A stretch of DNA of 64,000 nucleotides, from positions 8,597 through 72,596 of the forward strand of contig MHOO01000008.1 in assembly GCA_001820095.1 (NCBI GenBank), read 5' to 3'. This stretch comes from Candidatus Staskawiczbacteria bacterium RIFCSPHIGHO2_01_FULL_39_25. Lineage in GTDB: Bacteria; Patescibacteriota; Minisyncoccia; Minisyncoccales; Staskawiczbacteraceae. Within the stretch, counting starts at the first letter, position 1; every line of letters starts with the position of its first letter. A model generated the notes under the pieces. It was given only the letters and a program-made list of their open reading frames with translations. It ran no database searches and was not told where the DNA came from. This document shows, piece by piece, positions 1 to 10,318 of this stretch. The position numbers were made by a program, and so were the translations under genes.

Positions 1-809
1 TGCAATTCAATGCTTTTAAAGGAGATGCGGGCGAAGTCATTAAAAAATCGCTGGCAGAAAATATCTGGATGATAAACGTCGGCACTAAATATGAAACAAG
101 CAAAAGCGCCGTTGAGTTTGCAGAAAAATATGAGCAAGGCGTGTATGCTGCCATCGGTCTGCATCCTATATATGCGGCAGCTGAATTTATCAAATTAAAA
201 ACCGATGCCAATGAGGGGGAGTTTTTAATTAAAGAACAGAGCTTTGATAGAGAAAAGTATAAGGAACTTGCTCTGCATGCAATCGCTTCAAAAAAATTAG
301 TGGCAATAGGTGAAATCGGGCTAGATTATTATTACAAGCCAAAAACTACGGAAAAATTAGCCCAATTTAAAGCAAAGCAAAAAGAGGTTTTCTTGCAGCA
401 GCTTGATTTGGCAAAAGAACTAAATCTGCCCGTAATATTGCATTGTCGAATGGCGCACGATGATGTTATTGAAATATTGCAATCACAAAAGGGTATAACT
501 GGCGTCATTCATTGTTTTACGGGTACCTTAGAACAAGCCAAAAAATATATAGAAATGGGATTTTATATCGGCATTAATGGAATAATATTTAAATTTAACA
601 TTGATGAGGTAATAAAAAGTATTTCTTTGGATAATATCGTAGTTGAAACCGATTGTCCGTATTTAACGCCACCCATGGCAGAAAGCACAAGGAACGAGCC
701 CATTTTTATCAAACATACTATCCAAAAAATAGCGGATTTAAAGGGCTTGAGTTTTCAGGAAGTATGCGACAGAACCACCCAAAACGCCCGCACATTATTC
801 AATATTTAA
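1..809 (+). CDS. tatD: TatD-family metal-dependent hydrolase/DNase (5' partial; frame is open to the window edge)
   Basis: The frame of ORF 69..809 has no stop back to nt 3. Motifs seen: IGEIGLDYY, VILHCR, VIHCFTG, ETDCPYLTP. Confidence 0.8.
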   Translation, partial: QFNAFKGDAGEVIKKSLAENIWMINVGTKYETSKSAVEFAEKYEQGVYAAIGLHPIYAAAEFIKLKTDANEGEFLIKEQSFDREKYKELALHAIASKKLVAIGEIGLDYYYKPKTTEKLAQFKAKQKEVFLQQLDLAKELNLPVILHCRMAHDDVIEILQSQKGITGVIHCFTGTLEQAKKYIEMGFYIGINGIIFKFNIDEVIKSISLDNIVVETDCPYLTPPMAESTRNEPIFIKHTIQKIADLKGLSFQEVCDRTTQNARTLFNI

Positions 810-816
810 AAGTATA

Positions 817-841
817 AAGCGGTTAGCGCCGCTTTTTTTTA
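817..841 (+). terminator. Rho-independent terminator after tatD
   Basis: AAGCGG-ttagcg-CCGCTT stem followed by a T8 run. Confidence 0.55.
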
Positions 842-871
842 TGCAAGAATTATGATAACATTATTGCAAAT

Positions 872-3247
872 ATGGTTAAATATAATCCGGCCAAAATTGA
901 AAAAAAATGGCAGAAGAAGTGGTATAATTCCACTCTTTTTAAGGCAAAAAATGGTTCAAAGGCCAAGAAATTTTACCTTTTGGTTGAATTTCCGTATCCA
1001 TCAGGCGATGGGCTGCATGTGGGCCACTGCCGCAGCTATACTGCACTGGATATTATTGCCCGCAAACGCCGGATGCAGGGCCAGAATGTGTTATTTCCCA
1101 TGGGGTGGGATGCTTTTGGCTTGCCTACGGAAAATTACGCCATAAAAAAAGGTGTGCACCCTTCGGTGGTAACCAAAAAAAATACCGAAAACTTTAAGAA
1201 GCAGATGAAAAATTTGGGGCTGTCGTTTGATTGGTCACGCGAAATAAATACTACGGACCCTGCCTATTATGCATGGACCCAGTGGATTTTTATTAAATTA
1301 TTTGAAAAAGGCTTGGCCTATAAAGATAACATTAATATTAACTGGTGCCCCAGTTGTAAAATAGGATTAGCTAACGAAGAAGTAGTAGACGGTAAGTGCG
1401 AAAGGTGCGGCACTAAGGTTGAAAAACGGGAAAAAAAGCAATGGCTGATAAAAATCACCAAGTATGCCGATAGATTAATTAAAGATTTGGATTTGGTGGA
1501 TTATCCGGAACGGGTCAAAGACCAGCAAAAAAATTGGATTGGGAAATCAGAGGGCGCAGAAATTGATTTTTTGCTTAACTTCAAAAAAGATCCAAAGCTC
1601 AATGAAAACCGCGGATCTCGCGGTGAACGGGCAGCCATCAAGGTATTTACCACGCGGCCTGATACTATTTTCGGCGCTACTTACTTGGTGCTTTCACCTG
1701 AACATTTATGGGTACAGCTGGCAACCGATGATAACCACAATGTACTGGAAAATAAAGAAGAGGTAAAAGCTTATGTGCAGAGTGTAAAGCATAAACCGGA
1801 GATAGAGCGCATTGCTGAGGGAAAAGAAAAATCCGGTGTTGAAATTAAGGGAGTGGTGGCTATTAATCCGGCGACAGGCAAAGAAATTCCCCTTTTTGTG
1901 GCTGATTACGTGTTAGCGCAATATGGTACCGGCGCGATTATGGCCGTTCCCGCTGATGACAAGCGGGATAAGGAGTTTGCTGAAACATACCGTTTACCGA
2001 TTATAGAAAATTACCAGAAGGCGGGTTTTGAAGATTTTGGTAAAAAGACCGTAAATTATAAATTACGTGATTGGGTATTTTCCAGGCAGCACTATTGGGG
2101 CGAACCCATACCGATGATTTTTTGCGGGCAGTGTGGGTGGCAACCTGTTCCTGAAAAAGATTTACCCGTAGAACTGCCCAAGGTAAAGAAATATCAGCCA
2201 ACGGATACCGGCGAATCTCCATTGTCGGCCATGACAGTATGGGTAAAAGCAAAATGCCCTACCTGCAAAGGGCCAGCAGTACGGGAAACCGACACTATGC
2301 CAAATTGGGCAGGGTCTAATTGGTATTACTTGGCGTATGTAATGCGGGGGGTTTCTAATTTGCAGTTTCCCATGGCCAAATACCGCGAGGCATTAAAATA
2401 TTGGATGCCCGTGGATTGGTATAACGGAGGGATGGAACACACCACCTTGCATTTACTGTACTCCAGGTTTATTTTTAAATTTTTATGGGATATTGGGGCA
2501 GTTCCGCAATCTATTGGGAGCGAACCCTATAAAAAGAGGACTTCCCATGGGGTTATTTTAGGCCCGGGAGGGGTTAAAATGTCCAAGTCAAAAGGAAATG
2601 TGATAAACCCTGATGATGTTGTAAAACAATACGGCGCTGATACCTTAAGACTATATGAAATGTTTATGGGTCCGTTTGACCAAATGATCCCCTGGGACCC
2701 AAAGGGAATTATAGGCGCCAGGAGGTTTATAGAGAAAGTATATGTTATAGCCCATAAAAAAACATTTGCTAAAAAAGGCAATGCTCATGTAAATACATTA
2801 CTTAATAAAACCATCAAGAAAGTTTCAGAAGATATTGAGGCGATGAAATTCAATACAGCAATATCTTCGCTCATGGTTTTGGTGAACAGTTTTTCGGAAA
2901 ATCTAGAACAGGTGACTAAAGAACATATTAAAAATTTGTTATTATTGATATCTCCTTTTGCTCCGCATATTACTGAAGAACTTTGGCAAAATTTAAAATA
3001 TAAAGGATTATGCAGCGCTCAAAAGTGGCCTGTATTTGACAAGGCTGTGGCAAAAGAAGAAAGAGTAGTGCTTATCGTACAAATTAATGGAAAAGTAAGG
3101 GATAAACAAGTGATGAATGCAGGCAGCAGCCAGCAAGACGTTGAGAAAATAGTACTGCAAAGTGAAAAAATTAAAGCATGGATTGCCGGAAAAGAAATTA
3201 AAAAGGTCATTTTTGTGCCGGGCAAATTAATTAATATTGTTATATAG
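872..3247 (+). CDS. leuS: Leucyl-tRNA synthetase
   Basis: HVGH (HIGH) and KMSKS class-I signatures, a TTRPDT editing-domain motif, and a length of 791 aa. Confidence 0.95.
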   Translation: MVKYNPAKIEKKWQKKWYNSTLFKAKNGSKAKKFYLLVEFPYPSGDGLHVGHCRSYTALDIIARKRRMQGQNVLFPMGWDAFGLPTENYAIKKGVHPSVVTKKNTENFKKQMKNLGLSFDWSREINTTDPAYYAWTQWIFIKLFEKGLAYKDNININWCPSCKIGLANEEVVDGKCERCGTKVEKREKKQWLIKITKYADRLIKDLDLVDYPERVKDQQKNWIGKSEGAEIDFLLNFKKDPKLNENRGSRGERAAIKVFTTRPDTIFGATYLVLSPEHLWVQLATDDNHNVLENKEEVKAYVQSVKHKPEIERIAEGKEKSGVEIKGVVAINPATGKEIPLFVADYVLAQYGTGAIMAVPADDKRDKEFAETYRLPIIENYQKAGFEDFGKKTVNYKLRDWVFSRQHYWGEPIPMIFCGQCGWQPVPEKDLPVELPKVKKYQPTDTGESPLSAMTVWVKAKCPTCKGPAVRETDTMPNWAGSNWYYLAYVMRGVSNLQFPMAKYREALKYWMPVDWYNGGMEHTTLHLLYSRFIFKFLWDIGAVPQSIGSEPYKKRTSHGVILGPGGVKMSKSKGNVINPDDVVKQYGADTLRLYEMFMGPFDQMIPWDPKGIIGARRFIEKVYVIAHKKTFAKKGNAHVNTLLNKTIKKVSEDIEAMKFNTAISSLMVLVNSFSENLEQVTKEHIKNLLLLISPFAPHITEELWQNLKYKGLCSAQKWPVFDKAVAKEERVVLIVQINGKVRDKQVMNAGSSQQDVEKIVLQSEKIKAWIAGKEIKKVIFVPGKLINIVI

Positions 3248-3248
3248 C

Positions 3249-4013
3249 ATGCCCATAAAAAAAGTAGTTATTTCAGCGGCAGGACAGGGGACCCGCATGC
3301 TGGAGCTCACTAAAGATAAATCAAAGCATCTTATTACTGTTGAAAATAAGCCCTTTTTGGCATACTTGCTGGATAACATTCTAAAGGCTGGCTACAAGGA
3401 AATTATTATGGTGGTTGGGTTCCGCGAAGATATGATACGGGAATTTTTAAAAACGTATACGTTTGACGGCAAAGCTCCAAATATTAAACTGGTAAACCAA
3501 TTTGAACTATTGGGCCCAAAAGAAAAAGAATATGGAACTGCCTGCCCCTTAAAATGCGTGAAAGATTTAGTAAAAAATGAAAATTTTATTTCCCTGGTGG
3601 GGGATAATTTTTACACGGTTGAAGATTTAAAGCTTATGAATATTGACGATGAATATACCTATGTAGCAGGGCTTGAACATGACCATCCTGAAAAGTTCGG
3701 GGTATTGATTAAAGACGGGGAATTTTTGAAAGAAATTATTGAAAAACCCAAGGAATTTGTGGGAAATTTGATTAACACTAGCCTTTATAAATTTACCCCC
3801 GAAGTGTTTGAAAAGTTACTATTAATTCAAAAGTCCGAAAGAGGAGAATATGAAATTACGGATGTAATTTCCCTATTAGCCAAAGAAAGGAAAGTAAAAA
3901 TAAAAAGAACGAAAAATTATTGGATGGATTTCGGCCGGCCCGAAGATATAGAAAAGTTTTCTAAGTTTATAAAAAATGGAAACGATAGCTCTGTCTCAAA
4001 AAGCACTCGATAA
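3249..4013 (+). CDS. Sugar-phosphate nucleotidyltransferase (GlmU/RmlA-like N-terminal fold)
   Basis: SAAGQGTRM (GxGTR) motif. I chose the ATG at 3249, 2 nt after the leuS stop, over the ORF-track start at 3237. Confidence 0.7.
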   Translation: MPIKKVVISAAGQGTRMLELTKDKSKHLITVENKPFLAYLLDNILKAGYKEIIMVVGFREDMIREFLKTYTFDGKAPNIKLVNQFELLGPKEKEYGTACPLKCVKDLVKNENFISLVGDNFYTVEDLKLMNIDDEYTYVAGLEHDHPEKFGVLIKDGEFLKEIIEKPKEFVGNLINTSLYKFTPEVFEKLLLIQKSERGEYEITDVISLLAKERKVKIKRTKNYWMDFGRPEDIEKFSKFIKNGNDSSVSKSTR

Positions 4014-4578
4014 AGCAATAACCGCTTTACGCGATGGCGATGTAATCATTTTTCCTACTGATACGGTATATGGATTTTTGGCGGATGCAAGCAATAAAAA
4101 AGCGGTTGATAAAATTTACAAAATAAAAAAGAGGCCGAAGTCAAAACCGCTTTCTGTGTTTGTGAAGGATTTAAAAATGGCAGAATCATTGGTTAAAGTA
4201 GATGAACGCCAGGCCAAAATTTTGAAAAAATTTTGGCCTGGCCAATATACGTTTATATTAAAAAGAAAAAAAACCAGTCTTACAAATCCGACGGCCGTAG
4301 GATTTGTAAGACTATATGGACTTAATAAAAAAACTATTGCCATACGCATTCCCAAACACACATTCTTGCAAAAATTGCTCAAAAAAGTAAACAGGCCTTT
4401 AGCGCAAACTTCAGTGAATATTTCAGGCGAGCTGCCATTAATAAACATAGGAGATATTATAGAAAAGTTCGGTAGTGATAAGAATATTCTCATCATTAGC
4501 GCTGGAGACTTAAAAAAGAGCAAACCCTCAAAAATTACTGATTTAACAAATAATACTATTAAAACTCTAAGAAAATGA
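3976..4578 (+). CDS. tsaC: L-threonylcarbamoyladenylate synthase, TsaC/YrdC/Sua5 family, carrying an in-frame palindromic insertion
   Basis: Motifs FPTDTVYGF, KKRPKSKPL, FWPG, IAIRIP and AQTSVNISG. Confidence 0.8.
   Translation: METIALSQKALDKAITALRDGDVIIFPTDTVYGFLADASNKKAVDKIYKIKKRPKSKPLSVFVKDLKMAESLVKVDERQAKILKKFWPGQYTFILKRKKTSLTNPTAVGFVRLYGLNKKTIAIRIPKHTFLQKLLKKVNRPLAQTSVNISGELPLINIGDIIEKFGSDKNILIISAGDLKKSKPSKITDLTNNTIKTLRK
4276..4313. repeat. Family-A palindromic element, copy 1 (inside tsaC)
   Basis: AGTCTTACAAATCCGACGG/CCGTAGGATTTGTAAGACT, 19+19 nt with one mismatch. Related copies lie at 11365 and 11944. Confidence 0.9.
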
Positions 4579-5819
4579 AGCTTAAACAAGGGGATTCTCA
4601 AATATCAAAATTAATTGCATTGGAAACCGAGCGGCAAAAAAATACCCTGCAGATGATTCCATCTGAAAACCATTGTTCGCCGGCGGTGCGCGAAGCTTTA
4701 GGGTCTATTTTGACTGACAAATACGCCGAAGGCTATCCGGGAAAGCGATACTACGGTGGAAACCAGTTTATAGACAAAGTGGAAAGCCTTTGCATTGAGC
4801 GCGCTAAAGAGTTATTTAACACTGAGCATGTGAATGTCCAACCCCATTCGGGAAGCCCGGCAAATGCGGCTGTGTATGTGGCAACCTGCCAGCCAGGCGA
4901 TACCATTATGGGGCTGGCTTTGCCCATGGGCGGGCATTTAACCCATGGAACGAAAGTAAGCTTTTCGGGCAAATTTTTTAATTCCGTGCAGTATGGCGTT
5001 GATGAAAAAACGCATTTGATCAATTATGATGAGCTGGCCAAACTGGTTCAATCGCATAAGCCAAAGCTGATGTGGGTTGGGGCAACGGCCTATCCGCGTA
5101 TTTTTGATTGGGCTAAGCTGGGCGAGATTGCTGATTCTGTTGGCGCATATCTAGCTGCTGATATTGCTCATATTGCAGGATTAGTGGCTGGGAAAGCCCA
5201 CCCAAACCCCGTGCCGTTTGTGCATATCGTAACAACAACAACTCATAAAACATTGCGCGGGCCGCGGGGAGGCATGATTATGGTTACCAAAAAAGGAATT
5301 GAAAAAGATCCCGAATTGCCCAAGAAAATTGATAAAGCAGTGTTTCCCGGACTCCAAGGCGGGCCGCACGAAAATGCCATTGCTGCCATTGCAGTTTGCT
5401 TGAAAGAAGCGGCAACGCCGGCATTTAAAAAATATGCGGCGCAGATTGTGAAAAATGCTAAAGCATTGGCCAGCGAACTGAAAAAATATGATTTTAACCT
5501 GGTTTCCGGTGGAACCGATAACCATTTGCTGCTGGTTGACTTGCGTAATAAAAATATTACCGGGGCCGAAGCGCAAGATTTATTGGAAAGCGCGGGAATT
5601 ACGATAAATAAAAATAGCATTCCTTATGACCCGGCTGGGCCATTTAAGCCATCGGGCATGAGGCTTGGGACCCCTGCCATTACTACGCGGAGCATGAAAG
5701 AAAGTGAAATGAAAAAAATTGCAGGGTGGATTAATCAGGTTATTTTAAACCCGAATTCCGCAGGGAGGGTTAGCGCGGAAATTAGGAAATTTTGTAAAAA
5801 ATTCCCACTTCCAAAATGA
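4575..5819 (+). CDS. glyA: Serine hydroxymethyltransferase
   Basis: TTTTHKTLRGPRGG PLP-lysine motif and YPGKRYYGG. There is an ATGA overlap with tsaC. Confidence 0.95.
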   Translation: MKLKQGDSQISKLIALETERQKNTLQMIPSENHCSPAVREALGSILTDKYAEGYPGKRYYGGNQFIDKVESLCIERAKELFNTEHVNVQPHSGSPANAAVYVATCQPGDTIMGLALPMGGHLTHGTKVSFSGKFFNSVQYGVDEKTHLINYDELAKLVQSHKPKLMWVGATAYPRIFDWAKLGEIADSVGAYLAADIAHIAGLVAGKAHPNPVPFVHIVTTTTHKTLRGPRGGMIMVTKKGIEKDPELPKKIDKAVFPGLQGGPHENAIAAIAVCLKEAATPAFKKYAAQIVKNAKALASELKKYDFNLVSGGTDNHLLLVDLRNKNITGAEAQDLLESAGITINKNSIPYDPAGPFKPSGMRLGTPAITTRSMKESEMKKIAGWINQVILNPNSAGRVSAEIRKFCKKFPLPK

Positions 5820-6412
5820 TTGTTGATGCTGACATATTTTATTTCATCAATGGATTTGCAGGCAAGTGGCAATGGCTGGATTGGCTGGGGATTTTTTTTG
5901 CCCAATACCTCGGCTATATATTGCTTTTTTCTTTGCTGGTATTCCTTCTGATTTACCCGATCAAATTGTCCCGAAAAGCGGGACAACGATTTGCTCTGCA
6001 AATCGTATTTGACCGGGCAGGTTTTAAAAAATATTGGCGCATGGTTGCAGAAGGAGTAGTGGCCGCGCTGTTTGTAAGGTTCGTCTTAGTAGAAATTTTT
6101 TATTGGCTACGTTTTAGAATGAGGCCGTTTGTTGATGGTAATAATAATTTGCTCATATCTTATGATATAAGCAAAACTGCTTTTCCGTCCGGTCATGCGT
6201 CATTTTATTTTGCGCTTTCTACTATTATCTATGGTTATCATAAAAAAGCTGGCATTCTATTTTTCATTGCCAGTTTTTTAATTTCTATAGGCAGGGTTTT
6301 CGTCGGCGTCCACTGGCCATCAGATATTTTAGCGGGAGCTTTGCTGGGGATCATTATGGGTTTGGTTTTAAATAAACTATTCAAAAAAATAAGCATAAAA
6401 AAATCCCAATAG
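5816..6412 (+). CDS. PAP2-family membrane phosphatase (undecaprenyl-diphosphatase-like)
   Basis: PSGHAS and GVHWPSD PAP2 motifs plus multiple hydrophobic helices. Confidence 0.7.
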   Translation: MIVDADIFYFINGFAGKWQWLDWLGIFFAQYLGYILLFSLLVFLLIYPIKLSRKAGQRFALQIVFDRAGFKKYWRMVAEGVVAALFVRFVLVEIFYWLRFRMRPFVDGNNNLLISYDISKTAFPSGHASFYFALSTIIYGYHKKAGILFFIASFLISIGRVFVGVHWPSDILAGALLGIIMGLVLNKLFKKISIKKSQ

Positions 6413-6436
6413 GTATTGGGATTTTTTTAGGATTAG

Positions 6437-6520
6437 TGCCCGAGGTGGGAGTTGAACCCACAATTCTGTAAAGAAACACGATTTTGAGTCGTGCGCGTAT
6501 GCCAATTCCGCCACTCGGGC
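6437..6520 (-). tRNA. tRNA-Leu (anticodon CAA), type II with long variable arm, no encoded CCA
   Basis: The reverse complement reads GCCCGAG-TG-GCGGAATTGGCAT..CACGA-CTCAAAA-TCGTG..long variable arm..GTGGGTTCAACTCCCAC-CTCGGGC-A. The acceptor stem has 7 bp and the loop is CT-CAA-AA. Confidence 0.85.
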
Positions 6521-6553
6521 AATGTCTGATTTTATCATGTTTTGCCCTGTATT

Positions 6554-8272
6554 TCAAGATTGGTGCCACGAGGCATCAATGATTTTTTCGGGGAATTTTC
6601 GGGAAGTTTCTTGGAAAAACTTGCAAGAAGTCTTGTGTACCATGGCGGCATGCTGGCGGGTAAGGTAGGCTTGTATGGAATCCTCTGGCTGTGGCGAACA
6701 GCATTTGGCAAAATTTACCATCATGCCTTTTTGGCCGGCAAGGTACACCTCTTTTGGTTTTCGTATGGGGGCTGCTGGCTCCGGCTTTTTCGGAACACCG
6801 AATATTTTACTCTTTACAAACGAGGGAACGGAAAAAATCGGTGTAATAATTGCGGAAGTCAGTTTTCTAATATGCGACCTCGCAATACTCGTTTTAACAA
6901 ATTTCAGCCAATCATAAGAAGGCTTTTTCTTTTCACTGGTAATAATCTCTACGACATCGCCGTTGGTTAGCGATTGGGAAAGGGGTATGATTTTTCCGCC
7001 AATTTTTGCCGATTCGCAATGGTCTCCGATTTCTGAATGCAAAGCATACGCGAAATCAATGGGTGTTGACCCTTTAGGCAGGGCAATGACGTCGCCCTTG
7101 GGAGTGAAGGTAAAAATCTGGTTCTCAAAGAAATCAATCTTGAAATCTTTGAAAAAATCCGGAACTTCCTTTGACCATGCAAGGTGGGCGATGTCTTTTT
7201 GCAGTTGCAGCTTTTCTTTATAAGCCCAGTGGGCGCAAATGCCATATTCAGCCTCGCGATGCATTTCTTCTGTTTTAATCTGGATTTCAGAAATTTTTCC
7301 AGGTTCTAAAAATACGGTTGTATGCAAAGATTTGTACCCGTTTTCTTTTGGTTTTGCAATGTAATCTTGAATCTGCCCTGAAATTGGCTGGAAGTGCTTA
7401 TGAATAATGCCTAACACCCTGTAACAAGCGGCAACATCTTTGACGATAACTCGCATGGCAACCAGATCATGGAGCTTTTCAAAATTCATGGCATGGCGCT
7501 CTAATTTTTGGTAGGTGCTCCAGTATGATTTTGCCCGATAGTTAATATCAGAAAATTTTATTTTTTCGTGCGATAATATTCTTTTAAATTTGGGAATAAA
7601 TTTTTTAAGGTATTTGGCCCGTTCTTCATATTTTTCTTCTAAGTGCTCTTGCAGCCAGGCAAACTTTTCGGGAAACAGAAATTCAAATGTCGGGTCTTCA
7701 AGCTTCCTTTTTATTTCCCCTAATCCCAAGCGGTTGGCTATAGGCACGAATATTTCAAGCGTTTCTAGGGCGTAAATTCTTTGCCGTTCTTGGGGCAATG
7801 AAGACAACTTTTGCAGTCCGTCAATGCGGGCAGCCAGCTCTATAATAATGACTCGCAAATCTCCGGCTATGGCAAGAAGCATTTTTCGTGCGTTTTCTAC
7901 TTTTTCTTTCTGTAAGAACACTGCTTCATTGGCGTTGCGGTTGAAAAAGTAATATATCTTATTGAGTTCGGCATTCTTGCTTACAATGTTTGCAATATCC
8001 TGCCCGAATTTCTTTTCAATATCATAGAGCACGGCATTTCGCGACTCTGAAATGTTTTGGTTAGCAGTATCATGTAAAAGCCCCGCGGCTACAGTAGTGG
8101 CGTCTAAACCCATATCGCTTAGTATCACAGCAACGTTTACGGCATGCTCAATATATTCCTCTCCTGTAGATCTTTTCTTGTCACCATACGCATTTTTTGC
8201 AAACTCAAAAACCTCCTCCATAAATTGGGGGTCTTTGCTGTGTTTAATTAATTTATTAAACAAGTTCTGCAT
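6554..8272 (-). CDS. rel: Bifunctional (p)ppGpp synthetase/hydrolase, RelA/SpoT homologue (short, ends after the Cys-rich domain)
   Basis: HD domain (LLHDT), synthetase motifs (YKSLHTTV, EIQIKTEEMH), TGS domain (TPKGDVIALPKGSTPIDFAY), and a C-terminal CC..C motif. Confidence 0.9.
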   Translation of the reverse strand: MQNLFNKLIKHSKDPQFMEEVFEFAKNAYGDKKRSTGEEYIEHAVNVAVILSDMGLDATTVAAGLLHDTANQNISESRNAVLYDIEKKFGQDIANIVSKNAELNKIYYFFNRNANEAVFLQKEKVENARKMLLAIAGDLRVIIIELAARIDGLQKLSSLPQERQRIYALETLEIFVPIANRLGLGEIKRKLEDPTFEFLFPEKFAWLQEHLEEKYEERAKYLKKFIPKFKRILSHEKIKFSDINYRAKSYWSTYQKLERHAMNFEKLHDLVAMRVIVKDVAACYRVLGIIHKHFQPISGQIQDYIAKPKENGYKSLHTTVFLEPGKISEIQIKTEEMHREAEYGICAHWAYKEKLQLQKDIAHLAWSKEVPDFFKDFKIDFFENQIFTFTPKGDVIALPKGSTPIDFAYALHSEIGDHCESAKIGGKIIPLSQSLTNGDVVEIITSEKKKPSYDWLKFVKTSIARSHIRKLTSAIITPIFSVPSFVKSKIFGVPKKPEPAAPIRKPKEVYLAGQKGMMVNFAKCCSPQPEDSIQAYLTRQHAAMVHKTSCKFFQETSRKFPEKIIDASWHQS

Positions 8273-10307
8273 AGTCGCAGTCTTTGTTTGAGCATTTTAC
8301 TTTTTTGCTTTTTGTTTCCACTAAGATGGATTTGCATAGTGGGCAGAATTTATTGACCGGCTTATCCCATAGCGCAAAATCACATGTAGGGTAGGTGTCG
8401 CATCCGTAAAATATCTTGCCTTTCCTGGTTTTTTTAGCCCCCATGTGTCCGGTTTTACACTTTGGGCAAGTAATATCCAATTTTTCTGCCTGCATAGAAG
8501 GGTCTTTTATAATTGATTCGGTATGTTTGCATTCAGGGAAACCCGTGCATGCGTAGAATCTGCCGAACCGCCCCATTTTTTCTATCATGGGTTTTTGGCA
8601 CTTAGGGCAGATTTTGTCGGTTTTAATGTCTAGGTTTTCCTTAGGCACATCTTCATATTTTTCTTTCAGGTTTTTTGCAAACGGGCCATAGAAATCTCTA
8701 ACGGTTTTTTCCCAGGTATCTTTTCCTTCTGCAACTTCGTCTAGCTCTTTTTCCATTTTTGCGGTAAATTCAATATCTACAATTTCTGGAAAATTCTTTA
8801 CTAACATCTCGTTTACAATGACACCCATCTCGGTAGGGAAAAATCTTTTTTGCTCATTTTTTTCAATGTAATGTCTATCTTGAATAGTAGAAAGCGTAGG
8901 GGCATAGGTTGAGGGTCTGCCAATGCCGTGTTTCTCAAGCGCTTTAATCAAGCTTGCTTCATTATACCTTGGCGGGGGCTCGGTAAAATGCTGGCTGGGA
9001 TTGATGTTTACTAATTCCACAATTTCCTTTTCTTTCAATTCCGGCATTTCATTTTCAGTGAATTTCATGGGGTATACCTTCAAGAAGCCGTCAAATTTTA
9101 AAATCTGCCCGTTGGCGCCGAAGGTATATTCGTTGGCATTAATTTCAACCGAAGTTGCGTTAAAAACCGCAGAAACCATTTGGCTGGCAATGAACCGCTG
9201 CCATATTAACGTGTACAATTTCAGCTTTGCGGCATCTAAGTTGTTTTTTAATAATTCGGGAGCTTGTTGGGCATAGGTTGGGCGGATGGCCTCGTGGGCT
9301 TCTTGCGCTCCCTTGCCTGCCTTGTACCGTTTTATTTGAGCATAATTTTTTCCAAATGAATCTGTGATGAATTTTTCAGCGTCTGCCAGTGATTGTTGTG
9401 ATAAATTTAATGAATCGGTCCTATGATAGGTGATATGCCCCTCTTCATATAACTTTTGCGCCACTGACATGGTCATTTTTGCGGAATACCCGAATTTATT
9501 GGCTGCGGTCTGCTGAAGCGTGCTGGTAGTAAATGGCGGCAAAGGGTTTTTCCTAGTTTCTTTTTTTTCTACACTCGCTATGTTATATTCTGCCTGTTCT
9601 AAATTTTTTAAAATAGCATCGGCTTCCTCTTTATTTTTAATTGCTAATTTATCAATCGTTTTGCCGTCTTTCTTAATTAAATTTGCTTGAAAGTCTTGGT
9701 TATTGTTTTTTGCTCCTTGTTTTTTCAATAAAGCCATGATTTGCCAATATTCCTGCGCCACGAATTTTTTGATTTCTTCCTCCCGTTCTACCACTAATCT
9801 AACTGCTACTGATTGTACGCGGCCGGCTGAAAGGCCCTTAGCTACCTTTTTCCATAAAAAAGGCGAAATCTTATACCCTACGATTCTATCCAAAATTCTC
9901 CTGGCTTGCTGGGCATCTACCAAACTCATATCAATTTTTCCGGGAGATTGTAACGCATGATCAATGGCTGTTTTCGTTATTTCATGGAATACAATTCTTT
10001 TTGGATTTTTTAGCCCTAAAGCTTCCGCCAAGTGCCATGAAATTGATTCTCCCTCGCGGTCTTGGTCAGTTGCCAAAATCACTTCATCGGCGGCTTTGGC
10101 GTCTTTCTTTAATTCGGCAATCACTTTTTTCGCTTTTGGCGGTATTACATATTTGGGCTCAAAGTTTTTTTCTACGTCAATTCCAAAATCCCTTTTTGGC
10201 AGATCCCTTACATGCCCAAAAGACGCAACTACCTTGTAGTTTTTTCCTAAGAATTTACTGATAGTACGGCTTTTTGTGGGTGACTCAACTATAATTAACG
10301 ACTGCAT
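8256..10307 (-). CDS. topA: DNA topoisomerase I with C-terminal zinc ribbons
   Basis: Toprim N-terminus (IVESPTK), active-site HITYHRTDS, and several CxxC..CxxC fingers. Confidence 0.95.
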   Translation of the reverse strand: MQSLIIVESPTKSRTISKFLGKNYKVVASFGHVRDLPKRDFGIDVEKNFEPKYVIPPKAKKVIAELKKDAKAADEVILATDQDREGESISWHLAEALGLKNPKRIVFHEITKTAIDHALQSPGKIDMSLVDAQQARRILDRIVGYKISPFLWKKVAKGLSAGRVQSVAVRLVVEREEEIKKFVAQEYWQIMALLKKQGAKNNNQDFQANLIKKDGKTIDKLAIKNKEEADAILKNLEQAEYNIASVEKKETRKNPLPPFTTSTLQQTAANKFGYSAKMTMSVAQKLYEEGHITYHRTDSLNLSQQSLADAEKFITDSFGKNYAQIKRYKAGKGAQEAHEAIRPTYAQQAPELLKNNLDAAKLKLYTLIWQRFIASQMVSAVFNATSVEINANEYTFGANGQILKFDGFLKVYPMKFTENEMPELKEKEIVELVNINPSQHFTEPPPRYNEASLIKALEKHGIGRPSTYAPTLSTIQDRHYIEKNEQKRFFPTEMGVIVNEMLVKNFPEIVDIEFTAKMEKELDEVAEGKDTWEKTVRDFYGPFAKNLKEKYEDVPKENLDIKTDKICPKCQKPMIEKMGRFGRFYACTGFPECKHTESIIKDPSMQAEKLDITCPKCKTGHMGAKKTRKGKIFYGCDTYPTCDFALWDKPVNKFCPLCKSILVETKSKKVKCSNKDCDYAELV

Positions 10308-10318
10308 AATTTTTATTT

